NCBI GenBank assembly: GCA_010093995.1
Contig: ML992509.1
Location: forward strand, 165,588 to 229,587
Direction of reading: 5' to 3'
Length of the DNA: 64,000 nucleotides
DNA from: Elsinoe ampelina
Lineage: Eukaryota
Part shown: one piece after another, positions 60,131 to 64,000 of the stretch
Layout of the letters: each line of letters opens with the position of its first letter
How positions within the stretch are numbered: position 1 is the first letter of the stretch
Made by a program: the position numbers and the translations under genes
The notes under the pieces: generated by a model
What the model saw: only the letters and a program-made list of their open reading frames with translations
Told to the model about the DNA's origin: nothing
The model's database searches: none

Positions 60131-63100
60131 TCACTCGTGTTTCCCACTCTCTCCGATCGTAACATCCAAGCTACTAGCGTCTCCAGCCGCACTGCCCTGC
60201 TCATCTCCGCCTTCTCGACGTCTGACCCTGCCCGCCACACCCTCGAAGCGCTGCATGTTCTCCATCGTGAGCTTTTGTCCCAGAACCCCTTCTTGTACAT
60301 CGCTATGCATTGTTTCATCGCTGACGCCACGGCTCAATGCTGATTTTGGATCCTCACCGCTTCCGAGAAGCTGCTCGTCTCGGAGTAGCATGGCCCGCTC
60401 CTCGTTCTCAATGTGTCGTTGTGCCGAAGTAGCTGGCGTCTCAGTGCTCCTGCGCATTGCATCGGCCGTGACATAGTTGATGTGCGTAAGCTTGTTGTTG
60501 AGATTGTCTGAATCGCCAGTATGCGTCCTCGATGGCAGCGCCAGACCAGTGTCTTTGATATCTGCTTGTGTGCCCAAGCTGACATCAGAAGAATCGCTGT
60601 TCTCCCTGTGAAGAGGATTAGGTGAGACCATTTGCTGCACTGGAGTACTAGTTCCGTCTCGGCGGATGTGCTCGCTCGTTGGCTGGCGTTTGACTTTGAA
60701 CCCTTCCTGTGCAGCAGAGGATGTACTGCTTCGCTTTCGCTTCTTTTTGATCTCAAGAGCCCACTTGACGAGCATCTTTTCCAAAACCTTACCCTTGACA
60801 GGCTTGGACAGGTAATCATTCATGCCTGCATTCTCGCATTTCTCCCGATCGCCTTGGATTGCAGATGCAGTCATAGCAACGATCGGTGTATTCTGGATAC
60901 GTGAATCTGCAATGAATGGCTCTGCATGCCGAATGGTGTATGTCGCCTTGTATCCGTCCATGACCGGCATCTGTACGTCCATGAGAATAATGTCCGGCTT
61001 CGGGCGCTCTTCTGTAGGTGTCGCCAATAGATAGTCTAGCGCTTCTTGACCATTCCAAACTGCATTGACCGAGAATTTCAGCTTCTTGATAGTCTTTAGA
61101 GCGATTTGCTGATTGATGGGATTATCTTCCACGACAAGGACGTGAATATTAGCTCGCTCTTCAGGCGAGAGCTCCGGTGACATCTCGCCGAGGAAGCCGC
61201 GGGAGTGAGATGAAGGTCGTCGGCTGGAGTTCTTTCCAGGAGAAGCTGGCATTGATGGTGATGCGTAATCCGATACCGAAAGCTCTGACTGGAGGCGATC
61301 CGGCAGAGGACCGAGGTCCACAGCTGGCGAGTCCTCCGAGTAGAACGGGGCCTTGCTGAACGGTATCGAGAATGTCGCTCTCGTGCCATGTCCGAGTGTG
61401 GATTCGAGTGAGATGTCGCCGTGCATGAGCTCTACCAGATTCTTGCTGATTGTCAGGCCCAGTCCAGTACCACCGAAGCGACGGGCTGTGCTAGAGTCCG
61501 CTTGTGAGAATGGTTGGAACAGACGTTTCCGAACCTCCTCTTCTATACCGATGCCAGTATCCTCCACCACGAACCTGATCGTCACCTTTTCGGTATTCTC
61601 CTTGAGGATCTGAATACTCATCCGCACATGACCTTCGCTCGTAAACTTGATCGAATTTGTGAGCAGGTTCGTCAAGATCTGACGTAGACGACCAGGGTCG
61701 CCGATGACCTTCAGTCGTTGCAGCTCCTGAGTCTCATCGATGAAGCTGAGCCCCTTGCGCTCGGCGGCAAAGCTCAGCATCTTGTTGACATCTCGAACCA
61801 CCACGTTGAGATCGAATTGGACTTCTTCTATATCCAGTCGACCGCTCTCCACCTTTGAAAAGTCCAAAATATCATTGATGACGGTGAGCAGACCATTTGC
61901 AGATCTTTGCAGATTTTCAGCGCATTCTCTTTGGTCTTTGTTCAGGGCGTTTTCGGAGTCGTCCAGCAGGAGCTCGGCCATTCCGATTACCCCGGCGATT
62001 GGCGTTCTAATCTCGTGCGACATGTTGGCGAGGAATTGTGATTTCATCTTGCTCGCCTCCTTGGCGGCTTCACTTTGTGCGAGCAACCTGCCATTCTCAC
62101 GATCTCGTTCCCTGAGCTCCTCCTCTCGTATCCGCAACTCAGTGACGTCCATGCTGACGCCCACAACGCCATCAACGAGGGATCGTCCCTCAATGCCAGC
62201 TGTGCGCTCCTGCCGTATGAGAGGAACGAATCGAGTGCGGTAGTATCTCTGAAGTGATGATACGGAGACCTCTATCGACTCGTCCGTGGCCCTACCTTGT
62301 AGAATGTCGTCGATGGGCTTTTTGAACAGCGCGCTTTGGTCCATGTCGTTGGGGTTCCTTGTCTGCTCGAACAGATCAAAGACATTGCGGCCATAGTCCG
62401 GGCTGCCCTCTAGAGTGCCGCCTCTCGGTGTCCAGATACGAGATCCTTCATGCAGAATGAGTCGTTTCTCGCGATCGACAGCCCATAGTGTGATTTTGGC
62501 GTGCTCGATGACCTTGAGAAGCTGAGCCCGAGTCTGTTTGGCCGCTTCACGAGTTTCCACTAGATCGTGAATGTCGGTGCAAGTACCAAACCTGTTTACG
62601 TTAGTCACATTCAAGACCAGATTCTAACGCATACTCACCATCTGACGATCTTGCCGGCTGCATTGCGCATGGGCAGTGCCCGACCCAACATCCACCTCCA
62701 TTCACCGGTTCTCGACTTGCAGCGGTACTCTGTAAGATATTCCTCGCCAGTCTCGAGGGAGTGCTTCCATCGTGGGGCTGCGATAGCTACATCGTCAGGG
62801 TGGAAGGGGCTCTTCCACATGTGACCCATGCATTCCGACGGACTTAGTCCGGTATAGTCGTACCAGCGTTGTGAGAAGTAGTCATGGAAGCCATCTGGCT
62901 TGGTCGTCCAGACCATGACGGGAATCATGTTGGCAGTGTCCTCGAATTGCTTTTCGTTTGCAATCTTCTGCTTGGTGATGATGTTGGCATAGATCGTGAC
63001 GTCGCGGAATACGACGACACCGCCGAGGAATTCGCCAGTCTTCTCGTCGAGAATTTCTTCTCCGTCAACGTCGAAGATCAGTTGCTCGCCCGTGAGATTG

Positions 63101-64000
63101 TTCTGCATGCCTACTCGCCGGTTTGTGAAACGCTTTTGTGTCTTCATGAGATGAAAGATCGGGTACTCTTCGAGTGGTAGTGGATGGCTGAAGTCTTCCG
63201 AGAAGACCTTGTACTGGCCGATAAATTCACGCTGATCACTCGTTTCGGTGGAATCCACATCCCCGTTACCAAGGAACTTCAGAGCGGCCTTGTTCGGTAT
63301 ACCGAATGAAGCATCCTTCCACATGGCATAGACAGGCATAGGCATCGCGTTGAGCAAGGCATCTTTCATCTTGGAAGTCTTGCTGAGCAATGTAGACGTC
63401 GACGCGGATGTGACACTCGATGCTGGCCCGTTTGGTAGCCAGCCCATCGGACTTGATCCTGGGCTAGAGTTGCTCGACAAGTGGGTTCGCCGACCTCCAG
63501 AGCTCGAGCTGCTCCCAGACCCCAGACCAGACATGTAATTGCGATGCATTTTCGTGACTGACCTCTGACTGAGCTTCTGTTGTTGATTTGTGCCGACATT
63601 GTGCGCGGCTGTGAATGTCAAAGTGTAATGTTGTTCTCCGTCCAGGAACCAGACAGAAATGATCAGGGTAGCCTCTGTTTGCTGATGTTGTACCGGGGCA
63701 CCGGACCGTCTCTTGTCATCCTTGAACGGCATGGGCAGTCCAGTGCGGGAATCTCGGTGGGTGGAGAAAGCGACATCAACAACGATCTCGTGGATGGTAG
63801 CCCGATTCTCGAAATGCGCGCTGCGTTTTGCATCCTCCTCTCGGGTCGCGTTTGGGTCGTTGATCTTGGGTGTCAGGTCTCCATCGCCGTTGTCGGAAGA
63901 GGAGCTGTTTTTGACCGAAGGTGTCTTTTCATCTACCGCATCACTCAAGACGCTTTCCAGAAACTCTTCCCACGTCACCCAGACAGGGGCTCCATTCTGC
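60131..64000 (-). CDS. Hybrid two-component histidine kinase (PAS/PAC, HisKA, HATPase, receiver); intron 62592..62638; 5' end outside window
   Basis: H-box FLANMSHEIRTPIAG, N-box RLRQILTNLLTNSIKFT, G1 VEDTGIGI, G2 FGGTGLGLTIS, receiver VLVVEDN..ILMDVQMPVMDG..KP; PAS DYFSQRWYDYTG..HPDD..WRWMLGRA. Confidence 0.95.

Overview
Eukaryotic DNA from a filamentous ascomycete fungus (short GT-AG introns with CTRAC-like branch points; Pezizomycotina-type genes; finer taxonomy not determinable here). About 22 protein genes. Conserved genes: 3' end of a BEACH/WD40 protein, ATG17, sconB/MET30, RIO1, CFT1, LMBR1-type transporter, MEX67, DUF1295, a GNT1-like GT8, flbC and a hybrid histidine kinase running off the right edge. 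Cell-surface/secreted genes: a very large GH16, a membrane-anchored lectin-like protein, an FMN dehydrogenase with a signal-like N-terminus and an AA9 LPMO. Three accessory-looking blocks stand out. (1) 6.4-12 kb: a gene-poor stretch with a six-copy ~230-bp tandem repeat and splice signals but no intact ORF. (2) 14.5-20.1 kb: five tandem BTB/POZ paralogs sharing one intron position, one of them frameshifted. (3) 43.0-48.2 kb, the best candidate for an undescribed system: a spliced thaumatin-like/LysM/thaumatin-like fusion, a GH128 glucanase and a LysM2 lysozyme-like (SLT) enzyme, all apparently lacking signal peptides and with cysteine-free LysMs. All family assignments are by eye from motifs; no searches were run.
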